Source of the DNA: Comamonadaceae bacterium
GTDB lineage: Bacteria; Pseudomonadota; Gammaproteobacteria; Burkholderiales; Burkholderiaceae_C
NCBI GenBank assembly: GCA_947454355.1
Contig: CANGKR010000001.1
Span: forward strand, 1-48,640
Reading direction: 5' to 3'
Length of the DNA: 48,640 nt
Position numbers and translations under genes: made by a program. How positions within the stretch are numbered: position 1 is the stretch's first letter; each line of letters begins with the position of its first letter. The notes beneath the pieces were generated by a model. That model saw nothing but the letters and a program-made list of their open reading frames with translations, did not search any database and was not told the DNA's origin. Of the stretch, positions 38,051 through 47,112 are shown one piece after another.

Positions 38051-38472
38051 GCTGCCAAACGTTCAGCCACCTCTTTTTTGCCCATTTTGCGAACCGCCGA
38101 AATGGCGGGCAACTGGCTGGCACGGGGACGGGATTTACCAATTTCCCAATGGTAAACCGATTGCGCTGACACACCCAACAATTGGGCCATCTCACCTGCG
38201 GTCAAGCCCAGTTTTTTACGCAGGGAAGCGAAACCACCCGCGCGAAAACGCAATGTAGGACCTTCTTCGGCGACCACCTCGGGCTGGGCTTTGGCACTGG
38301 CTTTAGCCATGCGTTTGAGGGTCAGTTCCATTTCAGCTAAACGGCGTTTGAGTGCTGATATTTCGGCTCGCTGCTGAGTCACCGCATGCTTGAGTTGTTT
38401 GGTCTCAGCACGAAGTTCTTTTTTCGCAATGCGCGAGATCTCGCTTTTCAGTTGTTCGGCCAATGTCGACAT
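38047..38472 (-). CDS. XRE-type HTH regulator with N-terminal coiled coil
   Basis: LKSEISRIA.KE..., LRKKLGLT..EMA.LLGVS.QSVY.WE.G..RPR. Confidence 0.82.
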   Translation of the reverse strand: MSTLAEQLKSEISRIAKKELRAETKQLKHAVTQQRAEISALKRRLAEMELTLKRMAKASAKAQPEVVAEEGPTLRFRAGGFASLRKKLGLTAGEMAQLLGVSAQSVYHWEIGKSRPRASQLPAISAVRKMGKKEVAERLAA

Positions 38473-38616
38473 CTGTTTTATCTCTCTGAGTGGGCAAGCG
38501 TGCATCATAAACTTTCGCGCCCTGCGCATGACCCATGCATAAGGCGTACAATGGCTTTAAGTAATCCAGTTGCTCTGTCGGGCTGCAGACTTCTTAGACG
38601 CCTTCTCTAGCCCCCT

Positions 38617-38764
38617 CAGGTCAGTGTGTGCTGAACCTGAAATCTCCCTCCCCTGCCTGAAATCCTGAATTTCCCAAAGTTTCTCTTCGGTGCTTTTCCA
38701 AGCGCCGATCTCTCCCGCACGCCGAGCTCATGGGAGTGAGCGTGCAATTACTGAAAGGCTCAAC
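38617..38764 (+). promoter_or_regulatory. Structured putative 5' leader of the RRM gene
   Basis: Three hairpins: TCAGGTCAG/CTGAACCTGA, TCGGTGCTT/AAGCGCCGA, GCAC..GCTCA/TGAGC-GTGC. Confidence 0.4.
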
Positions 38765-39058
38765 ATGAGCAGCAAAATTTACGTGGGCAATTTGCCTTAT
38801 TCAATCAACGATGACAATTTGCGTGAGAACTTCGCCGCCTATGGCGATGTGGCTTCTGCCAAAGTCATGATGGACCGCGACAGCGGCCGCTCCAAAGGCT
38901 TTGGCTTTGTCGAAATGGGCAGCAGCGAACAAGCTGAAGCGGCGATCCAAGGCCTCAACGGCATGTCCGTCGGTGGTCGCTCGATCATTGTGAACATCTC
39001 CAAACCCAAAGAAGCCAGCAGTGGCGGCTATGGCGGCGGCGGTGGTTATCGCAACTGA
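38765..39058 (+). CDS. RRM RNA-binding protein with Gly-rich tail
   Basis: RNP2 IYVGNL, RNP1 KGFGFVEM, GGYGGGGG tail. Confidence 0.95.
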   Translation: MSSKIYVGNLPYSINDDNLRENFAAYGDVASAKVMMDRDSGRSKGFGFVEMGSSEQAEAAIQGLNGMSVGGRSIIVNISKPKEASSGGYGGGGGYRN

Positions 39059-39091
39059 GCCCTGCTGACGCTTCGCTTGGCGATCTGAAAG

Positions 39092-39118
39092 AAACCGGCG
39101 ATGAGCCGGTTTTTTTTC
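39092..39118 (+). terminator. Rho-independent terminator
   Basis: AAACCGGC-GATGA-GCCGGTTTTTTTT. Confidence 0.85.
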
Positions 39119-39147
39119 GCTTGAAGCAACTGTCGTAAAGTGCATGC

Positions 39148-39792
39148 ATGTGTGCCCATTACGAATCAGTCCATCACCGTACAAGATTGACACACCATTT
39201 TGGTGTGGACCTGCCCAGCGAATTGGCTCGGCAGGACGTCTGGCCGGGTTACATGAGCACCTTCATCCGGCGCCATCCGAATGCGGATGTGGGTGACGAC
39301 GCTGTGCCACGGCGCGAAGCCCTGCTGGGTTCATTTGGCTTGATCCCGCATTGGGCCAAAGACACGAAAGTGGCACGCCACACCTACAACGCGCGATCTG
39401 AAACCGTGGCCGAAAAACCCAGCTTTCGAGATGCATGCCGCAAAGCGCAGCACTGCATTGTGCCGGTGCAGTCTTTTTTTGAACCCGATTGGCGCAGCGG
39501 CAAAGCCGTTCCCACGGCCATCCGCCATATCGCAGATGAGCCACTGGGCGTGGCTGGACTTTGGGCCCAGTGGCGCTCGCCTCAAGGCGAGTCGGTCTTC
39601 AGCTTCACGATGTTGACCATCAACGCCGACGCGCATCCCTTGATGCGGCAGTTTCACAAGCCGCAGGACGAAAAACGCATGATCGTGATCTTGCGGCCCG
39701 AGTCTTTTGACGATTGGCTGAACGCTAAAGCGCAAAACCGGCAGAACTACTTGCGGCCCTACCCTGCTGATGAGCTGAGCACCACAACTTAA
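39148..39792 (+). CDS. SOS response-associated peptidase (SRAP/DUF159, abasic-site protecting)
   Basis: N-terminal MC, FGLIP.W, YNARSET..KPSFR, FFE, AGLW, LT.NA, H...RM.VIL. Confidence 0.9.
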   Translation: MCAHYESVHHRTRLTHHFGVDLPSELARQDVWPGYMSTFIRRHPNADVGDDAVPRREALLGSFGLIPHWAKDTKVARHTYNARSETVAEKPSFRDACRKAQHCIVPVQSFFEPDWRSGKAVPTAIRHIADEPLGVAGLWAQWRSPQGESVFSFTMLTINADAHPLMRQFHKPQDEKRMIVILRPESFDDWLNAKAQNRQNYLRPYPADELSTTT

Positions 39793-40517
39793 ATCGAGCG
39801 TTGATTCACGCGCCGGGACAAAGCGTCGGCGCTTTCTTTGCGTTCACTGTAACGGTCCACCAGGTACGGCGCCGCATCCCGCGTGAGGAGTGTGAACTTG
39901 ACCAATTCTTCCATCACATCGACAACCCGGTCGTAATAGGCTGAGGGCTTCATTCGCCCCGATTCATCAAACTCCAAAAAAGCTTTGGCCACAGAACTTT
40001 GATTGGGAATGGTCAGCATGCGCATCCAACGCCCCAGAATCCGCATCTGATTCACCGCGTTGAACGATTGAGAACCCCCACAGACCTCCATGACCGCCAA
40101 GGTCTTGCCCTGCGTGGGGCGCACCGCCCCGACAGACAAGGGGATCCAGTCGATCTGGCTTTTCAAGATACCCGTCATGGCGCCATGGCGCTCTGGCGAG
40201 CACCACACCATGCCCTCGCACCATGCGGCCAAATTGCGCAGCTCTTGCACCTTGGGATGGCTTTCAGGTGCACCATCGGGCTGCGGAAGCTCGGCCGGGT
40301 CAAAGATACGCACTTCGCCGCCCAAATGTTCCAGTAAACGCTGGGCTTCGAGAATCAAAAGTTTGCTGTAGGAGCGTTCACGCAAAGAACCGTACAACAA
40401 CAAAAACCGGGGTGAATGTGTAGCCCGTGTGGCAGGGAAAAGCGCCGCTTCGCTGGGCCGCTCAAAACATGCTGCTTCGAGTTGCGCAGGGCCATCAGAA
40501 TTCGAAGTCATGTCCAT
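39789..40517 (-). CDS. arsH: Arsenical resistance NADPH:FMN oxidoreductase
   Basis: [45 protein letters not shown]. Confidence 0.97.
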   Translation of the reverse strand: MDMTSNSDGPAQLEAACFERPSEAALFPATRATHSPRFLLLYGSLRERSYSKLLILEAQRLLEHLGGEVRIFDPAELPQPDGAPESHPKVQELRNLAAWCEGMVWCSPERHGAMTGILKSQIDWIPLSVGAVRPTQGKTLAVMEVCGGSQSFNAVNQMRILGRWMRMLTIPNQSSVAKAFLEFDESGRMKPSAYYDRVVDVMEELVKFTLLTRDAAPYLVDRYSERKESADALSRRVNQRSI

Positions 40518-40520
40518 GGT

Positions 40521-41186
40521 TCAGTCCGTTTCGGGCGCGTTGGGGCTCGCATTCAAAGCGCCATGCACAAGCAATCCCATGACTGCGCCCACCATCTGCG
40601 CCAACACAAAGGCCGGCGCATCTGCCGGTTGAATGCCCGCAAAGGTATCGCTCATCATGCGCCCCCAAACAGCTGCAGGATTGGCAAACGAGGTGCTGGC
40701 GGTGAACCAATAAGCCGCGCCGATGTAGCAGGCCACCATGGCCGACGCTTTGCCCTGCGGAGCCCGCAAGATGACGAACAACAGACCCGCCGTGGCCACC
40801 ACCTCGGCCAACCATTGCCCTGTGCCGCTGCGCACTTTGTGTGACCACTGGAAAATATCCAAATCAAACATGCCATGCGCCAGCCAAGCACCCAGGCTTG
40901 CACCCAGCAACTGAGCCAACACATATGCGGGCACATACTGAAGCGGCAGGACCTGACGGTAAGCCATGACCAAGGAGACAGCTGGATTGAAATGCGCACC
41001 ACTGATGGGGCCTAAGCATTCAATCAACACGAACAGCGCAAACACCGTGGCCAAGGTGTTGGCCAACAGCGCCACTGCGGTATTGCCTGCGGCCAAGTCC
41101 TCGGCCATGATGCCCGAGCCGATCACCGCGCACAGCAAGGCAGCGGTGCCCAGCATTTCGGCCAAGAAAATACGCCCAATTTTCAT
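40521..41186 (-). CDS. MIP/aquaglyceroporin (AqpS-like arsenite channel)
   Basis: SGAHFNPAV and STSFANPA motifs; located inside the ars operon. Confidence 0.9.
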   Translation of the reverse strand: MKIGRIFLAEMLGTAALLCAVIGSGIMAEDLAAGNTAVALLANTLATVFALFVLIECLGPISGAHFNPAVSLVMAYRQVLPLQYVPAYVLAQLLGASLGAWLAHGMFDLDIFQWSHKVRSGTGQWLAEVVATAGLLFVILRAPQGKASAMVACYIGAAYWFTASTSFANPAAVWGRMMSDTFAGIQPADAPAFVLAQMVGAVMGLLVHGALNASPNAPETD

Positions 41187-41686
41187 GTCGCAGCCAGTTC
41201 GCGGGCTGTTTTTTCCAGTGCAACCTTATTCAGGCTCGACATGGGCAAATTGACGAAGATCTCCAGCCGACGACGGATCAAATGCAAGGTTTGCCGAAAT
41301 GCCTCCATGCGCTGGGCTTCGTCCCCTTCCAAGGCTGATGGATCTGCATAACCCCAATGCGCTGTGGCTGGCTGGCCTGGCCAGTAAGGGCAGACTTCGC
41401 CTGCAGCGTTGTCGCACACAGTAATCACCAGGTCCATGTGCGGCGCATCGGGCGTGGCAAAGACGTCCCAACTTTTGCTACTCAAGCCTTCAATAGAAAT
41501 GCCTGCATGGGCCAAGGTGTCCAAGGCCATGGGGTTGGGCTGTTGGCTCTCGCGCGGGCTGCTGCCTGCCGAATAGGCTTTAAAGCGCCCTTTGCCCAAA
41601 TGATTGAGCAGACCTTCCGCCAGGATGCTGCGGGCGGAATTGTGGGTACAGAGGAACAGAACATTCAAAGGTGCGGAATCAGTCAC
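41183..41686 (-). CDS. arsC: Arsenate reductase, LMW-PTP/thioredoxin type
   Basis: FLCTHNSARS (CX5R), SAGS, SKSW, TVCDNAA.E.CP.WPG, HWG..DP. Confidence 0.95.
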   Translation of the reverse strand: MTDSAPLNVLFLCTHNSARSILAEGLLNHLGKGRFKAYSAGSSPRESQQPNPMALDTLAHAGISIEGLSSKSWDVFATPDAPHMDLVITVCDNAAGEVCPYWPGQPATAHWGYADPSALEGDEAQRMEAFRQTLHLIRRRLEIFVNLPMSSLNKVALEKTARELAAT

Positions 41687-41702
41687 AGGGGGGCTCCAAG
41701 TT

Positions 41703-42029
41703 TCAACAAGAGGTACAAACTGCTGGGGGGCTCACTTCGCAGGCCGCACCTTGACAGCAGTTTTGAGAAAGGTAAGTCAACACCGCATTCATGCGGTCGA
41801 ACTGCGCCCGATAGATCAAATGGCGGCCACTGCGTTCTTGCGAAATCAGGTCGGCATGCAGCAAGGCCTTCAAATGGAACGACAGCGTGTTGGCCGGCAT
41901 GCAAAGCGCCTGGGCCAACGTGGCGGGCGTGAGTCCGGCAGGGCCATGGACCACCAGAGCCCGAAATATCTCCAAACGGTGAGGCTGGGCCAGAGCGGCC
42001 AATGCGATGACGACGTGTTGACTTTCCAT
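41703..42029 (-). CDS. arsR: ArsR/SmtB arsenic-responsive repressor
   Basis: LAALAQ..RL.IFR.L, LSFHLK.L, C-terminal NCC.G..C As(III) site. Confidence 0.92.
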   Translation of the reverse strand: MESQHVVIALAALAQPHRLEIFRALVVHGPAGLTPATLAQALCMPANTLSFHLKALLHADLISQERSGRHLIYRAQFDRMNAVLTYLSQNCCQGAACEVSPPAVCTSC

Positions 42030-42052
42030 ATTTCGACTGTACTGGAAATATG
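42027..42052. promoter_or_regulatory. Putative ArsR operator overlapping the arsR start codon
   Basis: Inverted repeat CATATTTC-N10-GAAATATG. Confidence 0.7.
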
Positions 42053-42071
42053 TGACAGTAGGATGTCAAGC

Positions 42072-42102
42072 AAAAAAAACCAACCGATAAGGGTTGGCTT
42101 TT
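42072..42102 (-). terminator. Terminator-like hairpin downstream of the PDO gene
   Basis: AAAAAAAACCAACC-GATAAG-GGTTGGCTTTTT; A/T tracts on both sides. Confidence 0.7.
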
Positions 42103-42181
42103 TGCATCCCTCAGGCACGCGCGAACAGCATGGCTGCAACACACAGTGTTTGGTAAGGGATTGAGCAAATCCCGTCTGGGT

Positions 42182-43057
42182 TTACAACGCGTTCAAAGGG
42201 ATTTTGGCGTAAGCAATGCCGTTGCTTTCTTTGGGAGGCAATTCACCTGCGCGTATATTGATTTGCACTGCAGGCAATATGAGCACAGGCATTTCCAAGG
42301 TGGCATCGCGCCGTGTGCGCATGGCCACAAACTCGGCTTCAGTGATGCCATCGTGCACATGAATATTTTGGGCTTTTTGCTCAGCGACAGTCGTCTGAAA
42401 GTTCACAGGACGGCCATTGGGCGGGTAATCGTGACACATGAACAAACGGGTAGCGGGCGGCAAGCTCAAAATTTTGCGTGTGGATACATACAAGGTTTTG
42501 GCATCACCGCCGGGAAAGTCGCAGCGGGCAGTGCCGACATCAGGCATGAACAAGGTGTCGCCCACAAACACCGCGTCACCAAACTGGTAAGCCACGCAAG
42601 CAGGTGTGTGACCGGGCACATACATGGTGTGGCCTGTCAGGTTGCCGATGTTGATGATTTCGCCATCGGCAAACAGGCGGTCAAACTGTGAGCCATCTTC
42701 CTTGAAGCTGGACTCCATATTGAAAATACCCTTGAACACTTTTTGCACGCCACCAATGTGGTCCCCGATAGCAGTTTTTCCACTTAAGTGCTGTTTCAAA
42801 TACGGGGCTGCGGTCAGGTGATCGGCATGGGCATGGGTTTCCAAAATCCACTCCACATGGAGGTCGTTGGTTTTGACGAAGTCGATGACCAAATCAGCGG
42901 ACTTGTGGCTGGTGCGACCAGACTTGTGGTCATAGTCCAAAACAGAGTCAATGATGGCGCAGGCTGAACCTGGTTTTTCATAGACCACATAGGTGACCGT
43001 CCATGTTGCAGGGTCAAAAATGCCGTGGACTTGGGGCTTGACTGCGGATGTAGACAT
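42182..43057 (-). CDS. Persulfide dioxygenase (ETHE1/Blh-type MBL-fold protein)
   Basis: DSVLDYD, LETHAHADH, PGHTPAC, GDTLFMPDVGTARCDFPGG, CHDY, RDATL..P.LI.P..Q.N. Confidence 0.92.
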   Translation of the reverse strand: MSTSAVKPQVHGIFDPATWTVTYVVYEKPGSACAIIDSVLDYDHKSGRTSHKSADLVIDFVKTNDLHVEWILETHAHADHLTAAPYLKQHLSGKTAIGDHIGGVQKVFKGIFNMESSFKEDGSQFDRLFADGEIINIGNLTGHTMYVPGHTPACVAYQFGDAVFVGDTLFMPDVGTARCDFPGGDAKTLYVSTRKILSLPPATRLFMCHDYPPNGRPVNFQTTVAEQKAQNIHVHDGITEAEFVAMRTRRDATLEMPVLILPAVQINIRAGELPPKESNGIAYAKIPLNAL

Positions 43058-43078
43058 GGAAAACTCCTTTTGTTTAAG

Positions 43079-43119
43079 TTGTCAATATTATATTGACAAA
43101 CAAATTATCTGTCAATATA
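43079..43119. promoter_or_regulatory. Putative BigR-type operator in the divergent promoter
   Basis: TTGTCAATA-TTA-TATTGACAA (43079-43099) plus a third half-site TGTCAATATA (43110-43119). Confidence 0.65.
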
Positions 43120-43163
43120 CTATCTACATCTACTTCAATAAAGCAAAACTAGGAACACCGCCC

Positions 43164-43493
43164 ATGGACACCACAACCTTGGACCTTGAAAAAATGAAAT
43201 CTTCAGCCGCCCAAGCTTGCCGGCTGATGAAAGTGCTCTCCAACCCCGATCGCCTGATGCTGTTGTGCCAGCTTTCGCAAGGCGAAAAACGCGTGGGTGA
43301 ATTGGAGGAAATTCTGGGCATCGTGCAACCGACACTGTCACAACAACTGACCGTCCTGCGTGAAGAGGAACTGGTGAGCACCCGACGCGAAGGCAAAAAC
43401 ATTTACTACCAAATTGCCAGCCCCCAAGCTCTGGCAGTCATGACCGTTTTATTCGACCAATTTTGTGGATCACAAGCAGGAGCATCAGCATGA
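43164..43493 (+). CDS. BigR/SqrR-like persulfide-sensing ArsR-family repressor
   Basis: SNPDRLMLLCQL..GE, QPTLSQQL..LR, terminal FC; two-Cys arrangement of BigR. Confidence 0.88.
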   Translation: MDTTTLDLEKMKSSAAQACRLMKVLSNPDRLMLLCQLSQGEKRVGELEEILGIVQPTLSQQLTVLREEELVSTRREGKNIYYQIASPQALAVMTVLFDQFCGSQAGASA

Positions 43494-43933
43494 ATTTAGA
43501 TTGGGCACATTTCACGCCTTGGATGTCTTTAATGGGCGGCATGATTTTGGGTATCGCTTCGGCCCTATTCATTTTGGTCAACGGCCGAATTCTCGGTATC
43601 AGCGGCATTTTGGGTGGTCTGATGCCGCCTAAGGCAGGAGATACCTTCTGGCGCATCGCTTTTTTATGGGGTTTGTTCAGTGCGCCTACGGTGTTTCATG
43701 CCGTGGTTCCCGCTGAATTCGTCACCGCTCCTCGCATCGATGCAGCCGATCTGATCGTGGTGGCTGCGGGTTTGCTGGTGGGGATTGGCACCCGTTATGC
43801 CTCCGGTTGTACCAGCGGCCACGGGGTTTGCGGCCTGTCACGCCTTTCACCGCGCTCCATGGTGGCAACGGCTTCATTCATGTTTGCAGGCTTCGTGATG
43901 GTTTACGTCATGCGCCATCTGGCCATCATTTAA
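43490..43933 (+). CDS. YeeE/YedE sulfur-compound transporter subunit
   Basis: [29 protein letters not shown]. Confidence 0.92.
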   Translation: MNLDWAHFTPWMSLMGGMILGIASALFILVNGRILGISGILGGLMPPKAGDTFWRIAFLWGLFSAPTVFHAVVPAEFVTAPRIDAADLIVVAAGLLVGIGTRYASGCTSGHGVCGLSRLSPRSMVATASFMFAGFVMVYVMRHLAII

Positions 43934-43942
43934 GGAATCAAC

Positions 43943-44407
43943 ATGCTTCAGAAAAATCACCTCAATCGCCTCACGGAATTCGTTGCCGGCCTGTTGTTTG
44001 GCGTCGGACTGATGCTCTCAGGCATGACAGACCCTGGCAAAGTCATCGGTTTTCTCGACTTGTTTGGGGCCTGGGACCCCTCACTGGCACTGGTCATGGG
44101 CGGCGCCATCTTGGTGGGCTTCTTTGCATTCACTGTTGCCAAAAAACGAACCACCACCTTCCTCGGCGGTGTGTTGCGTTTTCCGACCAACATGGACATT
44201 GACAACAAACTGGTGATGGGCAGCTTGATGTTTGGTGCTGGTTGGGGGCTTGCCGGTTTTTGCCCCGGACCCGCCTTGGTCTCTATGGCCGACGGCCAGC
44301 CCAAAGCGCTGCTGTTCGTGCTAGCCATGCTGGTCGGTATGTTGGGCTTTGAACTGATGGATCGATTTGTCCATGCCCCCCGCAAAGCCAAATTTCACTC
44401 GATCTGA
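43943..44407 (+). CDS. YeeE/YedE (DUF6691) sulfur-compound transporter subunit
   Basis: SGM.DP.KV.GFLD..G.WDPSL, FG.GWGLAGFCPGP. Confidence 0.92.
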   Translation: MLQKNHLNRLTEFVAGLLFGVGLMLSGMTDPGKVIGFLDLFGAWDPSLALVMGGAILVGFFAFTVAKKRTTTFLGGVLRFPTNMDIDNKLVMGSLMFGAGWGLAGFCPGPALVSMADGQPKALLFVLAMLVGMLGFELMDRFVHAPRKAKFHSI

Positions 44408-44427
44408 ATCGCATGACGGGCAACACC

Positions 44428-44808
44428 ATGGACATCCAATTATTAACAACCCACCTTTCAGTCAGCCCTCAAATCTTGGTTTCCGAGATGCAAGCTTTGA
44501 GTGAAGCGGGCTTCAAATCCATCATCTGCAACCGCCCTGACGGCGAAGGCCCAGGCCAACCCCGCTTTGCGGAAATAGCTGCAGCAGCCAGCCAATACGG
44601 CTTGCAAGCACAGTATCTGCCTGTTGAGTCAGGCAATGTGCGCAACGAGGACGGCCAAGCCTTTGGCCAATTGCTCAGCACATTGCCTGGCCCTGTTCTG
44701 GCCTATTGCCGCACAGGTATGCGCTCAAGCACCCTCTGGAGTTTGTTGCAATCGGGCATGACACCACAGCAGCAAATTTTGGAAGCTTCACAAAAAGTGA
44801 GCGAATGA
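44428..44808 (+). CDS. TIGR01244/DUF442 sulfurtransferase (rhodanese-like)
   Basis: VSPQI, IICNRPDGE, PVLAYCRTG.RS; alternative start at 44413. Confidence 0.88.
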   Translation: MDIQLLTTHLSVSPQILVSEMQALSEAGFKSIICNRPDGEGPGQPRFAEIAAAASQYGLQAQYLPVESGNVRNEDGQAFGQLLSTLPGPVLAYCRTGMRSSTLWSLLQSGMTPQQQILEASQKVSE

Positions 44809-46535
44809 GCACCTCTTACCGATGGCTGCCCACTCTACCCATTTTAGAGTGGGGCAGGTCCTACAACAGAGAGAATCTGACCAACGACCTGGTCGCGGCC
44901 CTGATCGTCACCATCATGCTGATCCCGCAAAGCCTGGCATATGCCTTGTTGGCGGGGCTGCCACCCGAGGTGGGTTTATACGCCAGCGTGGCGCCGCTGT
45001 TGCTTTACGCGGTATTGGGCAGCAGCCGTGTTTTAGCAGTGGGTCCTGTCGCGGTGATTTCGCTCATGACAGCCGCCGCAGTAGGCGAGCACGCAGCCAG
45101 TGGGACCCATGCGTATTGGCAAATCGCCATCACTTTGGCTTTTTTATCTGGAGGCATGCTTTTGCTCATGGGTTTGCTGCGGCTGGGGTTTCTGGCCAAT
45201 TTTCTGAGTCACCCCGTCATCTCAGGTTTCATTTCGGCTTCTGGCTTGCTGATTGCACTGAGCCAAATGAAGACGCTCATGGGCGTCAAAGCCGAAGGCC
45301 ACAACTTTATTGAACTTTGGGGGTCGCTGGTGAGCCAAGCCTCTCATATTCATCTTTTGACTCTGGTTGTTGGCATCGCCGCCACTGCGTTTTTGTTTTG
45401 GGTACGCAAAGGCTTGAAACCGTTGCTGATTTCTTCGGGTTTGAAACCCAAGTTGGCAGATGTATTGGCGAAAGCGGGTCCGGTACTGGCCATTGCTTTG
45501 ACCACCTTTTTAGCTTGGTTCCTTGACTGGCAAGGCCAAGGCATGAAGCTGGTGGGCATCGTGCCACAAGGCTTGCCCCCGATGACAGCGCCCTTGTGGG
45601 ACTTGGCTTTGTGGAAAGAGTTGGTGGTGCCGGCCCTGCTGATCAGCGTGGTGGGGTTTGTGGAGTCGGTATCGGTGGGGCAAACCTTGGCCGCCAAACG
45701 TCGACAGCGAATAGAGCCCGATCAAGAACTGGTGGCCCTGGGTGCCAGCAATTTATCAGCAGCATTCACTGGCGGCTTTCCTGTCACGGGTGGCTTTGCC
45801 AGATCGGTCGTCAACTTTGACGCTGGTGCTGACACGCCCGCAGCAGGGGTCTATACCGCTTTGGGCATCACATTGGCCTCATTGTTTTTAACCCCAGCCT
45901 TGTTTTATTTGCCACAAGCCACCTTGGCTGCCACCATCATTGTGGCAGTCCTGTCTTTGGTTGACTTGGGCATGTTGAAATCCACTTGGCACTTTTCTAA
46001 ACTGGATTTCACTGCACTGGCCACCACCCTACTCGCCACCTTGCTGGCGGGAGTGGAGAGCGGCTTGGTGATGGGTGTTGCCGTGTCGTTGGCCTTGTTT
46101 TTATTCAGAGCCAGTCGCCCCCATATCGCAGCGGTTGGCTTGGTGCCTGGCACAGAACATTTCCGCAATGTGTTGCGCCATCAGGTGTTGGTCAGTCCGA
46201 AATTACTCTGCCTGCGGGTGGACGCCAGTTTGTTCTTCGCCAATGCGCGAGGCGTGGAAGACCGCATCAATGCAGAAGTGGCAGCTCGCCCCAATTTGCA
46301 ACATGTACTGTTGCAGTGTTCGGCCGTGAATGACATCGATGCCAGTGCCCTGGAGAGTTTGGAAGCCATTGCCAACCGACTCAAAGATTCGGGGATCGCT
46401 CTACATTTTTCAGAGATCAAAGGGCCTGTGATGGATAAACTGAACAAGACCCATTTTTTAGCCCAATTGAACGGCCAAGTTTTTTTAACCAATTACCAAG
46501 CCATACAAGCATTGACCCCTGAAGTCATCCAGTGA
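44805..46535 (+). CDS. SulP family anion transporter with STAS domain
   Basis: DL.A.L.V.IMLIPQSLAYA.LAG, GP.A, QEL.ALG.SN, GF.RS..N, LFFAN, ID.SA. Confidence 0.95.
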   Translation: MSTSYRWLPTLPILEWGRSYNRENLTNDLVAALIVTIMLIPQSLAYALLAGLPPEVGLYASVAPLLLYAVLGSSRVLAVGPVAVISLMTAAAVGEHAASGTHAYWQIAITLAFLSGGMLLLMGLLRLGFLANFLSHPVISGFISASGLLIALSQMKTLMGVKAEGHNFIELWGSLVSQASHIHLLTLVVGIAATAFLFWVRKGLKPLLISSGLKPKLADVLAKAGPVLAIALTTFLAWFLDWQGQGMKLVGIVPQGLPPMTAPLWDLALWKELVVPALLISVVGFVESVSVGQTLAAKRRQRIEPDQELVALGASNLSAAFTGGFPVTGGFARSVVNFDAGADTPAAGVYTALGITLASLFLTPALFYLPQATLAATIIVAVLSLVDLGMLKSTWHFSKLDFTALATTLLATLLAGVESGLVMGVAVSLALFLFRASRPHIAAVGLVPGTEHFRNVLRHQVLVSPKLLCLRVDASLFFANARGVEDRINAEVAARPNLQHVLLQCSAVNDIDASALESLEAIANRLKDSGIALHFSEIKGPVMDKLNKTHFLAQLNGQVFLTNYQAIQALTPEVIQ

Positions 46536-46620
46536 AATTGACGGGCTCTGAAAGATCGGCGTTGTTCAAGCTTAAACAATGCGCTCTATCCACTTGCAAA
46601 TGAGTTTCTATTCAAGTGCA

Positions 46621-46649
46621 TTGACTTGCGCGAAAAAAATCTCTGTAAT
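46621..46649 (+). promoter_or_regulatory. Sigma70-like promoter of the small membrane-protein gene
   Basis: TTGACT-N17-TGTAAT; RBS-like GAAGG before ATG 46683. Confidence 0.55.
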
Positions 46650-46682
46650 AGATACATTCATTCCTATTATTGAAGGTTCAAC

Positions 46683-46946
46683 ATGACCTACGAGATGGCA
46701 GTCATCTGTTCATTCCTCTTTCTGGGAGTGTGCTTTGGTTTGGTGACTTTCACACATCGACATTTGTTCAGCGAAGGGCCTGACAAGGCACAGGATGCCG
46801 ATCCAGACTCGTTGCTAGAGAGTCGTTTCATGTGGGTCATGGTTTGCACTTGGCTTTGGCCGATCATGGTCTTCACGGGCATCAACTCGGCTTGGATACT
46901 GTCCAAACGCAGAAAGAAAATTCAAAAGTCGCCTGATCCATATTGA
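46683..46946 (+). CDS. Small hypothetical 2-TM membrane protein
   Basis: Two hydrophobic segments around H.FSEG, WLWP motif, basic tail; own promoter, RBS and terminator. Confidence 0.7.
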   Translation: MTYEMAVICSFLFLGVCFGLVTFTHRHLFSEGPDKAQDADPDSLLESRFMWVMVCTWLWPIMVFTGINSAWILSKRRKKIQKSPDPY

Positions 46947-46964
46947 GCGAAGCTCAACGCCCAG

Positions 46965-47000
46965 AAAAAAGCCGCCAGGTAGTGAAACCTGGCGGCTTTT
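46965..47000. terminator. Bidirectional rho-independent terminator
   Basis: AAAAGCCGCCAGGT-AGTGAA-ACCTGGCGGCTTTT. Confidence 0.88.
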
Positions 47001-47011
47001 CAATTGGCATA

Positions 47012-47070
47012 TGGTGGTGTGGTGCTACCAGAGGGCAAACGGACCGGGAAAAGCGATTTCCGGTCCTGAC
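47012..47070. repeat. 59-bp imperfect direct repeat, copy 1 (att-like)
   Basis: TGGTGGTGTGGTGCTACCAGAGGGCAAACGGACCGGGAAAAGCGATTTCCGGTCCTGAC; 52/59 identical to 48007-48065 by manual alignment. Confidence 0.9.
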
Positions 47071-47112
47071 CAACTCAACAATATCTCTAGATGGCTAGGT
47101 TGACCCGGTTGG

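Noticed and set aside
39121-39147. LexA box upstream of SRAP
   Set aside because: CTGT is present but there is no ACAG at the N8 spacing.
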